A stretch of 32,000 nt of DNA from Cereibacter sphaeroides 2.4.1. Lineage in GTDB: Bacteria > Pseudomonadota > Alphaproteobacteria > Rhodobacterales > Rhodobacteraceae. The notes beneath the pieces are model-generated. The model searched no databases and was not told where the DNA came from. It worked only from the letters and a program-made list of their open reading frames with translations. The position numbers and the translations under genes were made by a program. The stretch lies in NCBI RefSeq assembly GCF_000012905.2, contig NC_007494.2, positions 810,001-842,000 on the forward strand, given 5' to 3'. Of the stretch, positions 7,189 through 16,267 are shown piece after piece (within the stretch, counting starts at the first letter, position 1; each line of letters starts with the position of its first letter).

Positions 7189-8304
7189 ATGACCATGACC
7201 ATCTCGCATCTGATCCGCCGGTTCGGCCCCGTCGAGGTGCTGCGCGGCATCGACCTCGAGGTGCGCAAGGGCGAGCTGATCGCGCTGCTCGGGCCCTCGG
7301 GCAGCGGGAAGACCACGCTTCTGAAGATCATCGCGGGCCTCGACTGGCCCGACGCGGGCGGGCTTGCCGTGAACGGGCAGGACTGGCTGGCCCGGAAGGC
7401 GCAGGAACGGCGGACGGGCTTCGTCTTCCAGCATTATGCCCTGTTCCCGCACATGAAGGTAGCCGACAACGTGGCCTTCGGCCTGACGGTGCTGCCGCGC
7501 GCCCAGCGCCCCTCCGCCGCAAAGATCAGGGCGCGGGTCGAGGAGCTTCTGCATTTCCTCCAGATCGCGCAGCTGGCCGACCGCTATCCGGGCGAGCTGT
7601 CGGGCGGGCAGCGCCAGCGCGTGGCGCTGGGGCGGGCGCTGGCCATCGACCCCGAGATCCTGCTTCTCGACGAGCCCTTCGGCGCGCTCGATGCGCAGGT
7701 CCGCCGCGACCTGCGCCGCTGGCTGCGCGAGGTGCATGACGCAACCGGCACCACCACGATCTTCGTCACCCACGATCAGGAGGAGGCCTTCGAATTGGCC
7801 GACCGCGTGGTCATCATGGGCGCGGGCCGGATCGAGCAGATCGGCCATGCCGACGAGATCTACGACCATCCGGCCACCCCCTTCGTCGCGCGCTTCCTGG
7901 GCCTCACGGTCGAGATCCCGGTCGCCCTGCGCGCGGGCCGCGCCATCGCCGCGGGCCTCGACACGAGCCTCCTGCCCCGCCGCGCCATGGCCGACGGTCC
8001 CGCCACGCTCTTCCTGCGCCCGGCCGACCTGCGGCCCGCGCCGGATCCCGAAGGCACATTCCGCGTGACCGATGTCTCCTCGACGGGCGCGCTGCTGCGG
8101 ATCGGGCTCGAAGGCCCCGCGGGCTGCCGCGCCGAGGCCGAGGTGCCGCGCCGCACCGCCAGCGGCCTCGCCCCCGGCCAGACCGTCCGGCTCGAGGCGC
8201 AGGCCGGCCAGATCTTCCCCGGCCAGACCCATCTCGGAGGCGACACCGCTGCCGCGGCCGCCCCCTCCGCCGACCGACCGATCCTGAAGGAGTCCCACCT
8301 GTGA
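7189..8304 (+). CDS. cysA: Sulfate/thiosulfate ABC transporter ATP-binding protein CysA
   Basis: The product reads GPSGSGKTTLLKIIAGL, FVFQHYALFPHM, FGLTVLPRAQRPSAAKI, LADRYPGELSGGQRQRVAL, ILLLDEPFGALDAQVRRDLRRWLR and FVTHDQEEA. This is collinear with E. coli CysA. The start was chosen at ATG 7189. The in-frame ATG at 7099 lies in AT-rich DNA with atypical codons. Confidence 0.9.
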   Translation: MTMTISHLIRRFGPVEVLRGIDLEVRKGELIALLGPSGSGKTTLLKIIAGLDWPDAGGLAVNGQDWLARKAQERRTGFVFQHYALFPHMKVADNVAFGLTVLPRAQRPSAAKIRARVEELLHFLQIAQLADRYPGELSGGQRQRVALGRALAIDPEILLLDEPFGALDAQVRRDLRRWLREVHDATGTTTIFVTHDQEEAFELADRVVIMGAGRIEQIGHADEIYDHPATPFVARFLGLTVEIPVALRAGRAIAAGLDTSLLPRRAMADGPATLFLRPADLRPAPDPEGTFRVTDVSSTGALLRIGLEGPAGCRAEAEVPRRTASGLAPGQTVRLEAQAGQIFPGQTHLGGDTAAAAAPSADRPILKESHL

Positions 8305-9293
8305 AAAGCCCCATCCTCGCCGCGATCCTGGCCCTCGGCCTCGCCGCCCCCGCCGCCGCGCAGGACAAGATCCTGAACGTCTCCTACGACATCGCCCGCG
8401 AGCTGTTCGAGGCGATCAACCCCGCCTTCGCCGAGAAATGGAAGGCCGACACCGGCCGCGACGTCACCATCGACCAGTCGCACGGCGGCTCGTCCAAGCA
8501 GGCGCGCGCCATCCTCGAGGGGCTGCCGGCGGATGTGGTCACCTTCAATCAGGTGACGGACATCGACGTGCTGGCCGAGGCCGGCATGGTGGACGAAAAC
8601 TGGCGCGAGGCCTTCCCGAACGCGGCCTCGCCCTATTACTCGCTGCCGGCCTTCCTCGTGCGAAAGGACAATCCCAAGGGGATCGAGGACTGGGACGATC
8701 TGGTGAAGGAAGGCGTCGAGGTCATCTTCCCGAATCCCAAGACCAGCGGCAATGCGCGCTACACCTATCTCGCGGCCTATGCCTACGCGCTGGAGGCGAA
8801 CGGCGGCGATCAGGCCAAGGCGCAGGAGTTCGTGAAGCAGCTCTTCGCCAATGTGCCCGTCTTCGATCAGGGCGGCCGCGCGGCCACCGTGACCTTTGCC
8901 GAGAAGGGCATCGGCGACGTGCTCATCACCTTCGAGGCCGAGACGGGGGGCATCGCCGCGCAATATGCCGATCAGGGCCTCGAGCGGGTCACGCCCTCGC
9001 TCTCGCTCTATTCCGAGTTCCCGGTCGCCATCGTGACCGAGAATGCCGAGCGCAACGGCTCGGCCGAGGTCTCCAAGTCCTATCTCGACTTCCTCTATGC
9101 GCCCGAGGGGCAGAAGATCCTCGCCGAACATTTCTACCGGGTGCATGACGAGACGGCACAGGCCGCCTTCGCCGCGAACTTCCCCGAGGTGAAGCTCGTC
9201 GATGTCGACGAGACCTTCGGCGGCTGGGAGAAGATCAAGGCCGAGCATTTCGCCGAGGGCGGCATCCTCGACACGGTCTTCGTGAACCAATGA
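8301..9293 (+). CDS. cysP: Sulfate/thiosulfate-binding periplasmic protein (Sbp/CysP)
   Basis: 330 aa with a GTG start preceded by GAAGGAG at 8 nt. The Sec signal is KSPILAAILALGLAAPAAAQ. The mature part has the Sbp-like motifs ILNVSYD, HGGSSKQAR and NPKTSGNARY. A GTGA overlap links it to the cysA stop. Confidence 0.9.
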   Translation: MKSPILAAILALGLAAPAAAQDKILNVSYDIARELFEAINPAFAEKWKADTGRDVTIDQSHGGSSKQARAILEGLPADVVTFNQVTDIDVLAEAGMVDENWREAFPNAASPYYSLPAFLVRKDNPKGIEDWDDLVKEGVEVIFPNPKTSGNARYTYLAAYAYALEANGGDQAKAQEFVKQLFANVPVFDQGGRAATVTFAEKGIGDVLITFEAETGGIAAQYADQGLERVTPSLSLYSEFPVAIVTENAERNGSAEVSKSYLDFLYAPEGQKILAEHFYRVHDETAQAAFAANFPEVKLVDVDETFGGWEKIKAEHFAEGGILDTVFVNQ

Positions 9294-10147
9294 TCGCGCG
9301 CACCGCACCCGGCCCGGCCCGCCGGTCGAAACGGGTCCTGCCCGGCTTCGGCCTGACCATGGGCATGGTGCTGACCTATCTGGGCGTCATCGTGCTGCTG
9401 CCCGTGGTGGCGCTGGTGCTGAAGGGGGCCGACATCGGCCCCGCCCGCTTCTGGGCCATCGTCACCGCGCCGCGAACGCTCGCCGCGCTGCGGCTGACGC
9501 TGCTGGCGGCGGGCATCGCCACCCTGGTCAACACGCTCTACGGGCTTCTCATGGCCTGGGTGCTGGTGCGGTACGAGTTTCCGGGCAAGCGGTTCCTCGA
9601 TGCGATGGTGGACATCCCCTTCGCTCTGCCGACCGCGGTCGCCGGCCTGTCGCTCTCGGCGCTTTTCGCCGCGAGCGGCTGGTATGGCGCGATCCTCGAA
9701 CCCATGGGCATTCAGGTGGTCTACACGATCTGGGGCGTGGCCGCGGCCATGTCCTTCACCTCGATCCCCTTCGTGATCCGCACCGTCCAGCCGGTGCTCG
9801 AGGATCTCGACCCGCAGTTCGAGCAGGCGGCGGTGACGCTGGGCGCCCACCCCTTCACCATCTTCCGCCGGGTGATCCTGCCCGCCATCGCCCCCGCGCT
9901 GCTGGTGGGGGTCACCCTCTCCTTCGCCCGCTCGCTGGGCGAGTTCGGCGCCGTGGTCTTCATCGCGGGCAACCTGCCCATGAAGACCGAGATCGCCTCG
10001 CTGCTCGCGGTGATCCGGCTCGAGGAATACGATTACAACGGCGCGGCGGTGATCGCCCTCACGCTCCTGGCCATCGCGCTGGTGCTGCTCGGGGCCTCGA
10101 ACCTGCTGCAGGCGCGGGCCCTGCGCTACAAGGGGAAACAGGCATGA
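9290..10147 (+). CDS. cysT: Sulfate ABC transporter permease CysT
   Basis: 285 aa. The N-terminal RVLPGFGLTMG resembles E. coli CysT. It has a MalFG-type permease core with an EAA-like loop (FEQAAVTLGAHPFTIFRRVILP). An ATGA overlap links it to cysP. Confidence 0.9.
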   Translation: MIARTAPGPARRSKRVLPGFGLTMGMVLTYLGVIVLLPVVALVLKGADIGPARFWAIVTAPRTLAALRLTLLAAGIATLVNTLYGLLMAWVLVRYEFPGKRFLDAMVDIPFALPTAVAGLSLSALFAASGWYGAILEPMGIQVVYTIWGVAAAMSFTSIPFVIRTVQPVLEDLDPQFEQAAVTLGAHPFTIFRRVILPAIAPALLVGVTLSFARSLGEFGAVVFIAGNLPMKTEIASLLAVIRLEEYDYNGAAVIALTLLAIALVLLGASNLLQARALRYKGKQA

Positions 10148-10983
10148 GCACGGCCGCCCTCACCGCCCCCGGCGCGCTCGCCCCACGGGCAAGCCGGCTC
10201 GGGCCGCGCCTTCTGATCGGGGCCGCGCTGCTTCTGACCCTCTTCATGGTCGTGGTGCCGATGGCCTTCATCTTTCACCGCGCCTTCGCCGAGGGCTGGC
10301 GTCTCTTTGCCCAGAACATCCTCGCGCCCGACACGCTGCATGCGATCGGGCTCACGACGCTGGTCGCCGTCATCGTGGTGCCGGTGAACGTGGCCTTCGG
10401 CATCGCCGCCGCCTGGGCCATCGCGCGTTTCCGCTTCATCGGGCGCAAGACGCTGCTCACGCTGATCGAGATCCCCTTCTCGATCTCGCCCATCATCGCG
10501 GGCATCTGCTACCTGCTGCTCTACGGCCGTCAGGGGCTTCTGGGCCCCACGCTGCTGTCGCACGACATCCAGATCCTCTTCGCGCTGCCCGGCATCGTGC
10601 TGGTCACGCTCTTCGTGACCTCGCCCTTCGTCGTGCGCGAGGTGCTGCCCCTGATGCAGGCCCAGGGGTCCGAGCAGGAGCAGGCGGCGCTGACCCTCGG
10701 CGCCTCGGGCTGGCAGGTGTTCCGCCGGGTGACGCTGCCGAACATCCGCTGGGCGCTTCTCTACGGCGCGATCCTCTGCACCGCGCGGGCGGTGGGCGAA
10801 TATGGCGGGGTGTCGGTCGTCTCGGGCAACGTGCGCGGCCAGACCAACACGCTGCCGCTGCAGATCGACCTCCTCTTCAACGACCTGAACGTGGCGGGCG
10901 CCTTCGCCGCGGCCACCACCCTCACGCTTCTGGCGCTGGTGATCCTCGTCCTGAAGACGGTGATGGAGAGCCGGCGCGGCTGA
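10144..10983 (+). CDS. cysW: Sulfate ABC transporter permease CysW
   Basis: 279 aa and a paralogue of the preceding permease (EQEQAALTLGASGWQVFRRVTLP). An ATGA overlap links it to cysT. Confidence 0.9.
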   Translation: MSTAALTAPGALAPRASRLGPRLLIGAALLLTLFMVVVPMAFIFHRAFAEGWRLFAQNILAPDTLHAIGLTTLVAVIVVPVNVAFGIAAAWAIARFRFIGRKTLLTLIEIPFSISPIIAGICYLLLYGRQGLLGPTLLSHDIQILFALPGIVLVTLFVTSPFVVREVLPLMQAQGSEQEQAALTLGASGWQVFRRVTLPNIRWALLYGAILCTARAVGEYGGVSVVSGNVRGQTNTLPLQIDLLFNDLNVAGAFAAATTLTLLALVILVLKTVMESRRG

Positions 10984-11072
10984 GGCCTCGGGACAGCCGG
11001 CAACTGCCCTGCCCCCTGACGCGGAGGGCGCGTGGATCGGTCACTCGGCCCGGAGCAAGGGCAGCCCGGCGG

Positions 11073-12110
11073 TCAGAGGTGGCGGCGCAGGATCGTCGGC
11101 ACCTCGATCCGCAGCCCCGCGTCCGGCGCATGGCCGATCAGGCGGAAGACCTCCTCCAGCATCCCCGCCACATCCTGCTCGACCATGCCCACGCAGTCGG
11201 GCAGCAGCGCCGCGAACGGGTCCCAGTCGAAGGTGCCGATCTCGACCGGTGCCGGCGGCGACTGGCGGCGCAGCCAGCGGACCACCCCTTCGAGCGTGAT
11301 GGTGGAATTGACGAAGAGGCCGCGCGGCAGGTCGCCCGCCCGCGCCTCGAGCGCGGCCTCGGCCTTCTCGGCCGCATAGCCGCAGGCGAGGATCGCGCTC
11401 TCGGGCAGCGGGATGCCGCGGTCGGCGTGGGCTGCGCGGAAGCCCCGGATCCGCTCGGCCGTGTTGTGATCCGACGGACGCCCGCCGATGAAGAGCAGGG
11501 CCTCGTGCGGGGCGCGCTCGAGAAGCAGATGCGCGAGATCGCGCGCGCCGCCGAAATTGTCCGACACGACCGAAGGCGCCCGCCCGCCCGGCAGGTCGAG
11601 GTTGATCGCCTGCACCCCTGCCGCCGCGCAGAAGTCGCTGATCCGGTCGGGATCGGTGGCGCCCGTCGCGATCAGGCATTCCACCTGATAGGAGATCATC
11701 TCGCGCGCGGCCTCGAACTCCAGCTCCGGGTCGCGCTGGGTGCAGGTGATGACCGGAAACAGCCCCTGCGCCCGGGCCCGCGCCTCGAACCGCTCGGCGA
11801 TGGCGCCGAAATATCGGTTGTCGTATTTCGGCATGATCATGCCCACGATGTTCGACTTCTCGCGCCGCAGGACGCTGGCCTGCAGATTGACCGAATAGCC
11901 CTGCTCTTCGGCGACTCGCAGGATGCGCTCGGCCAGCCGCTCGCTGATCCGCCGCTTCTTCCATGTCCCGTTCAGCACCGCCGAGACCGCGCTGGCCGAG
12001 GTCTCGGCCAGTGCCGCCAGATCGTAAATCGTTGTGCGGCGGGCCGCATTCCGCGATCCCGGTTCCGGCTTGCCCTTCTCGACCACTCCCGCTCCTCCCC
12101 TAGAGAGCAT
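11073..12110 (-). CDS. LacI/GalR-family transcriptional regulator
   Basis: The N-terminal HTH reads TTIYDLAALAETSASAVSAVLNG, followed by a periplasmic-binding-protein-like sugar-binding core. The start is ambiguous. ATG 12110 is listed here. GTG 12086 has a strong GGAGGAG 5 nt upstream. The track start at 12137 is a TTG. Confidence 0.85.
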   Translation of the reverse strand: MLSRGGAGVVEKGKPEPGSRNAARRTTIYDLAALAETSASAVSAVLNGTWKKRRISERLAERILRVAEEQGYSVNLQASVLRREKSNIVGMIMPKYDNRYFGAIAERFEARARAQGLFPVITCTQRDPELEFEAAREMISYQVECLIATGATDPDRISDFCAAAGVQAINLDLPGGRAPSVVSDNFGGARDLAHLLLERAPHEALLFIGGRPSDHNTAERIRGFRAAHADRGIPLPESAILACGYAAEKAEAALEARAGDLPRGLFVNSTITLEGVVRWLRRQSPPAPVEIGTFDWDPFAALLPDCVGMVEQDVAGMLEEVFRLIGHAPDAGLRIEVPTILRRHL

Positions 12111-12138
12111 CTTGACATCGCCCGTGCCTCGTAACAAT

Positions 12139-12179
12139 CATGCTACATCGATTGAGCATGGTTGCGCAATCGATAGCGC
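12139..12179. promoter_or_regulatory. Two adjacent ATCGAT-centred palindromes, candidate LacI-family operators
   Basis: CATGCTacATCGATtgAGCATG (12139-12160) has 18 of 22 positions symmetric. GCGCaATCGATaGCGC (12164-12179) has 14 of 16 symmetric. Both have a central CG, as LacI/GalR operators do. They lie between the divergent regulator and binding-protein genes. Confidence 0.55.
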
Positions 12180-12291
12180 CAGCCTGTCCGGCGGCGGAGG
12201 GAGGAGAGGATCTGCGGCCCCACGCCGCCCTGCGACCCGCGACGGCGGGCGCGGTGCTGTCTCCATCCCGGTCGGCCCGGAGGCGCCTGAC

Positions 12292-13356
12292 ATGTGGAGG
12301 AGAGACATGACCAGCAGAACCTTCGCCCTGGCTGCGGCCTCGGGCCTCGTGGCCGCCCTTTTCGGCGCCGCCGCTTCCGCGCAGGAGGCCGCCACCGTGG
12401 CCTTCCTGATGCCCGACCAGGCATCCACCCGCTACGAGGAGCACGACTTCCCCGGCTTCCAGAAGTCGATGGGCGAGCTCTGCGCCGACTGCACGGTGAT
12501 CTACCAGAACGCCAACGGCGACGTGGCGCTCCAGCAGCAGCAGTTCAACTCGGTGATCGCGCAGGGCGCCAAGATCGTCGTGCTCGATCCGGTCGATTCG
12601 GCCGCCGCCGCCTCGATGGTCGAGATCGCCCATTCGCAGGATGTGAAGGTGATCGCCTATGACCGGCCGATCCCGGCCACGCCCGCGGATTACTACGTCT
12701 CCTTCGATAACAAGGGCATCGGCCAGGCCATCGCCCAGTCGCTCGTCGATCATCTGAAGGCCACCGGCGTGCCGGACGGCGCGGGCGTCCTGCAGATCAA
12801 CGGCTCGCCCACCGATGCGGCCGCGGGCCTCATTCGCGACGGGATCGACGCGGCGCTCGACGCATCGAGCTACAAGACGCTGGCCGAGTTCGACACGCCG
12901 GACTGGGCCCCGCCGAAGGCGCAGGAATGGGCCGCGGGCCAGATCACCCGCTTCGGCGACGAGATCAAGGGCGTGGTCGCGGCCAATGACGGCACCGCCG
13001 GCGGCGCCATCGCGGCCTTCAAGGCGGCGGGCGTGGATCCGGTTCCGCCGGTCACCGGCAACGACGCCACCATCGCGGCGCTGCAGCTCATCATCTCGGG
13101 CGACCAGTACAACACCATCTCGAAACCCTCCGAGATCGTGGCCGAGGCCGCGGCGAAGGTGGTCGTGACCTTCCTCAAGGGCGAGACCCCCGAGGCCAAG
13201 ACCACGCTCTACGACACGCCGGCCGAGCTCTTCGTGCCTGCGGTGGTGACGGCCGAGAACATCAAGGCCGAGATCTTCGACAAGGGCATCCAGACCGCGG
13301 CGGAAGTCTGCACCGGCGAATATGCCGAAGGCTGCGCCAAGCTCGGCATCCAGTGA
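12292..13356 (+). CDS. Sugar/polyol ABC transporter periplasmic substrate-binding protein (XylF/ChvE-like, CUT2)
   Basis: The signal peptide is MTSRTFALAAASGLVAALFGAAASAQEA. The motifs VIAYDRPI, YYVSFDNKGIG and VVAANDGTAGGAIAAFKAAG resemble xylose/ChvE-type binding proteins. The start is either ATG 12292 (GGAGG at 8 nt) or ATG 12307 (GGAGGAG at 4-6 nt). The 440-aa track ORF from 12034 overlaps the regulator gene and is rejected. Confidence 0.88.
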   Translation: MWRRDMTSRTFALAAASGLVAALFGAAASAQEAATVAFLMPDQASTRYEEHDFPGFQKSMGELCADCTVIYQNANGDVALQQQQFNSVIAQGAKIVVLDPVDSAAAASMVEIAHSQDVKVIAYDRPIPATPADYYVSFDNKGIGQAIAQSLVDHLKATGVPDGAGVLQINGSPTDAAAGLIRDGIDAALDASSYKTLAEFDTPDWAPPKAQEWAAGQITRFGDEIKGVVAANDGTAGGAIAAFKAAGVDPVPPVTGNDATIAALQLIISGDQYNTISKPSEIVAEAAAKVVVTFLKGETPEAKTTLYDTPAELFVPAVVTAENIKAEIFDKGIQTAAEVCTGEYAEGCAKLGIQ

Positions 13357-13363
13357 GCCCCCC

Positions 13364-13392
13364 GGGCGCCTGTCCCCTGAGGACGGGCGCCC
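13364..13392 (+). other. Strong intercistronic stem-loop after the binding-protein gene
   Basis: GGGCGCCTGTCC / GGACGGGCGCCC form 12 bp (one G-U pair) around the loop CCTGA. The hairpin starts 8 nt after the stop codon and ends 22 nt before the ATPase start. There is no U-tract. Confidence 0.6.
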
Positions 13393-13414
13393 CCTTCCAG
13401 AAAGGCAGATCGCG

Positions 13415-14212
13415 ATGACCCTGATCTCCGCCGAGGAGCGCGGCCAGCCCATCCTGCGGCTCCGCGGCGTCTCGAAGCAGTTCGGCGCCGTCTCGGCGCT
13501 CGCCGACATCGAGCTCGACATCCATCCGGGCGAGGTGGTGGCGCTGGTGGGCGACAACGGCGCGGGCAAGTCCACGCTGGTCAAGGTGCTGGCGGGGGTC
13601 CATCAGCCGACCTCGGGCACCATCGAATTCATGGGCAGGCCCGTCACGCTCGACAGTCCGAGCAAGGCGCTCGACCTCGGGATCGCGACCGTGTTCCAGG
13701 ATCTCGCGCTCTGCGAGAATCTCGACGTGGTGGCGAACCTCTTCCTCGGCCACGAGCTGTCGCCCTGGCGGCTGGACGAGGTGGGGATGGAGGTCCGCGC
13801 CTGGACGCTCCTGCGCGAGCTGGCGGCCCGCATCCCCTCGGTGCGCGAGCCCATCGCCTCGCTCTCGGGCGGGCAGCGCCAGACCGTGGCCATCGCGCGC
13901 TCGCTGCTGCTCGATCCCAAGATCATCATGCTCGACGAGCCCACGGCCGCGCTCGGCGTGGCGCAGACGGCCGAGGTGCTGAACCTGATCGAGCGCGTCC
14001 GCGACCGCGGGCTCGGCGTCATCATCATCAGCCACAACATGGAGGATGTGCGCGCCGTGGCCGACCGGATCGTCGTGCTCCGGCTCGGGCGCAACAACGG
14101 CACCTTCCCCGCCGACACGTCGAACAACGAGCTTGTCGCCGCCATCACCGGCGCGACCGAGAACTCCGTCTCGCGCCGTCAGGCCCGCAAGCAGCAGGAG
14201 GCCCAGGAGTGA
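13415..14212 (+). CDS. Sugar ABC transporter ATP-binding protein, single nucleotide-binding domain (FrcA-like half-size CUT2 ATPase)
   Basis: 265 aa counted from ATG 13415. Motifs are Walker A GDNGAGKST, signature LSGGQRQTVAIARS, Walker B IIMLDEPTAAL and H-loop IIISHNM. There is only one NBD before the stop. Confidence 0.9.
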   Translation: MTLISAEERGQPILRLRGVSKQFGAVSALADIELDIHPGEVVALVGDNGAGKSTLVKVLAGVHQPTSGTIEFMGRPVTLDSPSKALDLGIATVFQDLALCENLDVVANLFLGHELSPWRLDEVGMEVRAWTLLRELAARIPSVREPIASLSGGQRQTVAIARSLLLDPKIIMLDEPTAALGVAQTAEVLNLIERVRDRGLGVIIISHNMEDVRAVADRIVVLRLGRNNGTFPADTSNNELVAAITGATENSVSRRQARKQQEAQE

Positions 14213-15453
14213 CCATGGATCCGAAACCAGAGGCGCTCGACCGCGGCGACAGCCGCCTGCGCCACGACGAGGGGCTTCTCGGCGCCGCGCGCGCCTTCTT
14301 CGACCGCGTGCGCTCGGGCGATCTCGGCATGCTGCCGGTGCTCGTGGGGCTCGTGGTGATCTCGACCGTCTTCTCGACGCTGAACCCGGTGTTCCTCGCG
14401 CCGAACAACCTCGTGAACCTGCTCTTCGACGCGGCCACGGTGGGCTTCATCTCGCTCGGCATCGTCTGCGTGCTGATGCTGGGCCAGATCGACCTCTCCG
14501 TGGGCTCGATGAGCGGCCTCGCCTCGGCGATGATCGGGGTGCTCTGGGTCAACATGGGCTGGCCGCTGCCCGCGGCCATCGCGGTGGCGCTCGGCTTCGG
14601 GGCGCTGGTGGGGCTGCTCTACGGCGTGCTCCTCAACCGCTTCGGGATGCCGAGCTTCGTCTCGACCCTCGCGGGCCTTCTCGCGCTCCTGGGGCTGCAG
14701 CTCTACATCCTCGGGCCCACCGGCTCGATCAACCTGCCCTATGCCTCGGTGCTGGTGCGGTTCGGGCAGATCTATGTCATGCCGGACTGGCTCTCCTACC
14801 TCTTGGCGCTGCTGCCGGGGGCGATCCTTGTCTTTACGGGGCTGCGCACCATGGCGCGCCGGCGGGCAGCCAACCTCTCCTCGCCGGGGCTGAGCGTCCT
14901 TCTCGTCAAGGCGCTCGTCCTGACCGCAGCGCTTCTCTACGCGGCCTATTACCTGAACCTCGGCCGCGGCATCCCGTGGATGTTCGGCCTGTTCGTGGCG
15001 CTCGTGCTGGCGATGAACTACGGGCTGACGCGCACCCAATGGGGCCGCTCGATGTTCGCCGTGGGCGGCAATGCCGAGGCCGCGCGCCGGTCCGGCATCG
15101 ATGTGCGCCGGGTCAATGTCTCGGCCTTCATGCTCTGCTCGACGCTGGCGGCCCTCGGCGGCATCCTCGCCTCGGCCCGGCTCGCCTCCTCGAGCCAGCA
15201 GGCCGGCACCGGCGACGTGAACCTCAATGCCATCGCCGCGGCCGTGATCGGCGGCACCAGCCTCTTCGGCGGCCGGGGCAGCGCCTATTCCGCCCTGCTC
15301 GGGATCCTCGTCATCCAGGCGATCTCGAACGGCCTCACGCTTCTCAACCTCAGCTCGTCGCTCCGCTACATGATCACCGGCGGCGTGCTGGCCATTGCCG
15401 TCATCGTGGACTCGCTCGCCCGCCAGAGCCGGGTCAGCCACGGACGCGCCTAG
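14209..15453 (+). CDS. Sugar ABC transporter permease (XylH-like, CUT2)
   Basis: About 412-414 aa and polytopic. Motifs are GQIDLSVGSMSGL and GGTSLFGGRGSAYSALLG. The start is GTG 14209 (GTGA overlap with the ATPase stop) or ATG 14215 (AGGAG 5 nt upstream). Confidence 0.9.
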   Translation: MTMDPKPEALDRGDSRLRHDEGLLGAARAFFDRVRSGDLGMLPVLVGLVVISTVFSTLNPVFLAPNNLVNLLFDAATVGFISLGIVCVLMLGQIDLSVGSMSGLASAMIGVLWVNMGWPLPAAIAVALGFGALVGLLYGVLLNRFGMPSFVSTLAGLLALLGLQLYILGPTGSINLPYASVLVRFGQIYVMPDWLSYLLALLPGAILVFTGLRTMARRRAANLSSPGLSVLLVKALVLTAALLYAAYYLNLGRGIPWMFGLFVALVLAMNYGLTRTQWGRSMFAVGGNAEAARRSGIDVRRVNVSAFMLCSTLAALGGILASARLASSSQQAGTGDVNLNAIAAAVIGGTSLFGGRGSAYSALLGILVIQAISNGLTLLNLSSSLRYMITGGVLAIAVIVDSLARQSRVSHGRA

Positions 15454-15465
15454 AAAGGACCCATC

Positions 15466-16194
15466 ATGGCAGAGCTCATGCAAGGAAAGGTGGCCGCCAT
15501 CACCGGCGCGGCCTCGGGAATCGGGCTGGAATGCGCGCGCACCCTCGTGGCCGAAGGCGCCACGGTGGTGCTGATCGACCGCGCCGAGGACCGGCTCAAG
15601 GCGCTCTGCGCCGAGATCGGGCCGCGCGCCCTGCCGCTCGTCGTCGATCTGCTCGACGGGCCGCAGGTCTCGGGGATGCTGCCGCGCATTCTCGAGCTGG
15701 CGGGCTCGCTCGACATCTTTCACGCCAATGCGGGCGCCTATATCGGCGGGCAGGTGGCCGAGGGCGATCCCGACGCCTGGGACCGGATGCTGAACCTCAA
15801 CATCAACGCGGCCTTCCGCTCGGTCCATGCCGTCCTGCCCTACATGATAGAGCGGAAGAGCGGTGACATCCTCTTCACGAGCTCGGTCGCGGGCGTGGTG
15901 CCGGTGGTCTGGGAGCCGATCTACACCGCCTCGAAATTCGCGGTGCAGGCCTTCGTCCATTCCACCCGCCGTCAGGTCGCGCCGCACGGCGTGCGCGTGG
16001 GCGCGGTGCTGCCCGGCCCGGTGGTGACGGCGCTCCTCGACGACTGGCCCAAGGCCAAGATGGAGGAGGCGCTGGCCAACGGCTCGCTCATGCAGCCGAA
16101 GGAAGTGGCCGAGGCCGTGCTCTTCATGCTCTCGCGCCCGAAGGGCGTCGTGATCCGCGACCTCGTGATCCTGCCGCACAGCGTCGACATCTGA
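15466..16194 (+). CDS. rbtD: Short-chain dehydrogenase/reductase, probable ribitol 2-dehydrogenase (RbtD-like)
   Basis: 242 aa. It has the SDR motifs [12 protein letters not shown] and YTASKFAV. Long stretches match the Klebsiella RbtD sequence as I recall it: [23 protein letters not shown] and [25 protein letters not shown]. The substrate call is from memory and context. Confidence 0.75.
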   Translation: MAELMQGKVAAITGAASGIGLECARTLVAEGATVVLIDRAEDRLKALCAEIGPRALPLVVDLLDGPQVSGMLPRILELAGSLDIFHANAGAYIGGQVAEGDPDAWDRMLNLNINAAFRSVHAVLPYMIERKSGDILFTSSVAGVVPVVWEPIYTASKFAVQAFVHSTRRQVAPHGVRVGAVLPGPVVTALLDDWPKAKMEEALANGSLMQPKEVAEAVLFMLSRPKGVVIRDLVILPHSVDI

Positions 16195-16203
16195 CCCGCG
16201 CTT

Positions 16204-16236
16204 CCGGGCGGCCCCCTTCGGCGGGGCGCCGCCCGG
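16204..16236 (+). other. GC-rich stem-loop between the dehydrogenase and kinase genes
   Basis: CCGGGCGGC (16204-16212) pairs with GCCGCCCGG (16228-16236). An inner CCCC/GGGG stem adds to this, giving about 13 bp with one bulge around a TTCGGC loop. It lies within the 73-bp intergenic gap. Confidence 0.5.
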
Positions 16237-16267
16237 CCCCGGCGCGCCTTCCGCGAAAGGCCCCTCC

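Noticed and set aside
12034-12291. The 440-aa version of the binding-protein ORF starting at 12034.
   Set aside because: The extra 86 residues are Arg/Gly/Pro-rich and precede the obvious signal peptide. They overlap the 5' end of the divergent LacI gene and its operator region.
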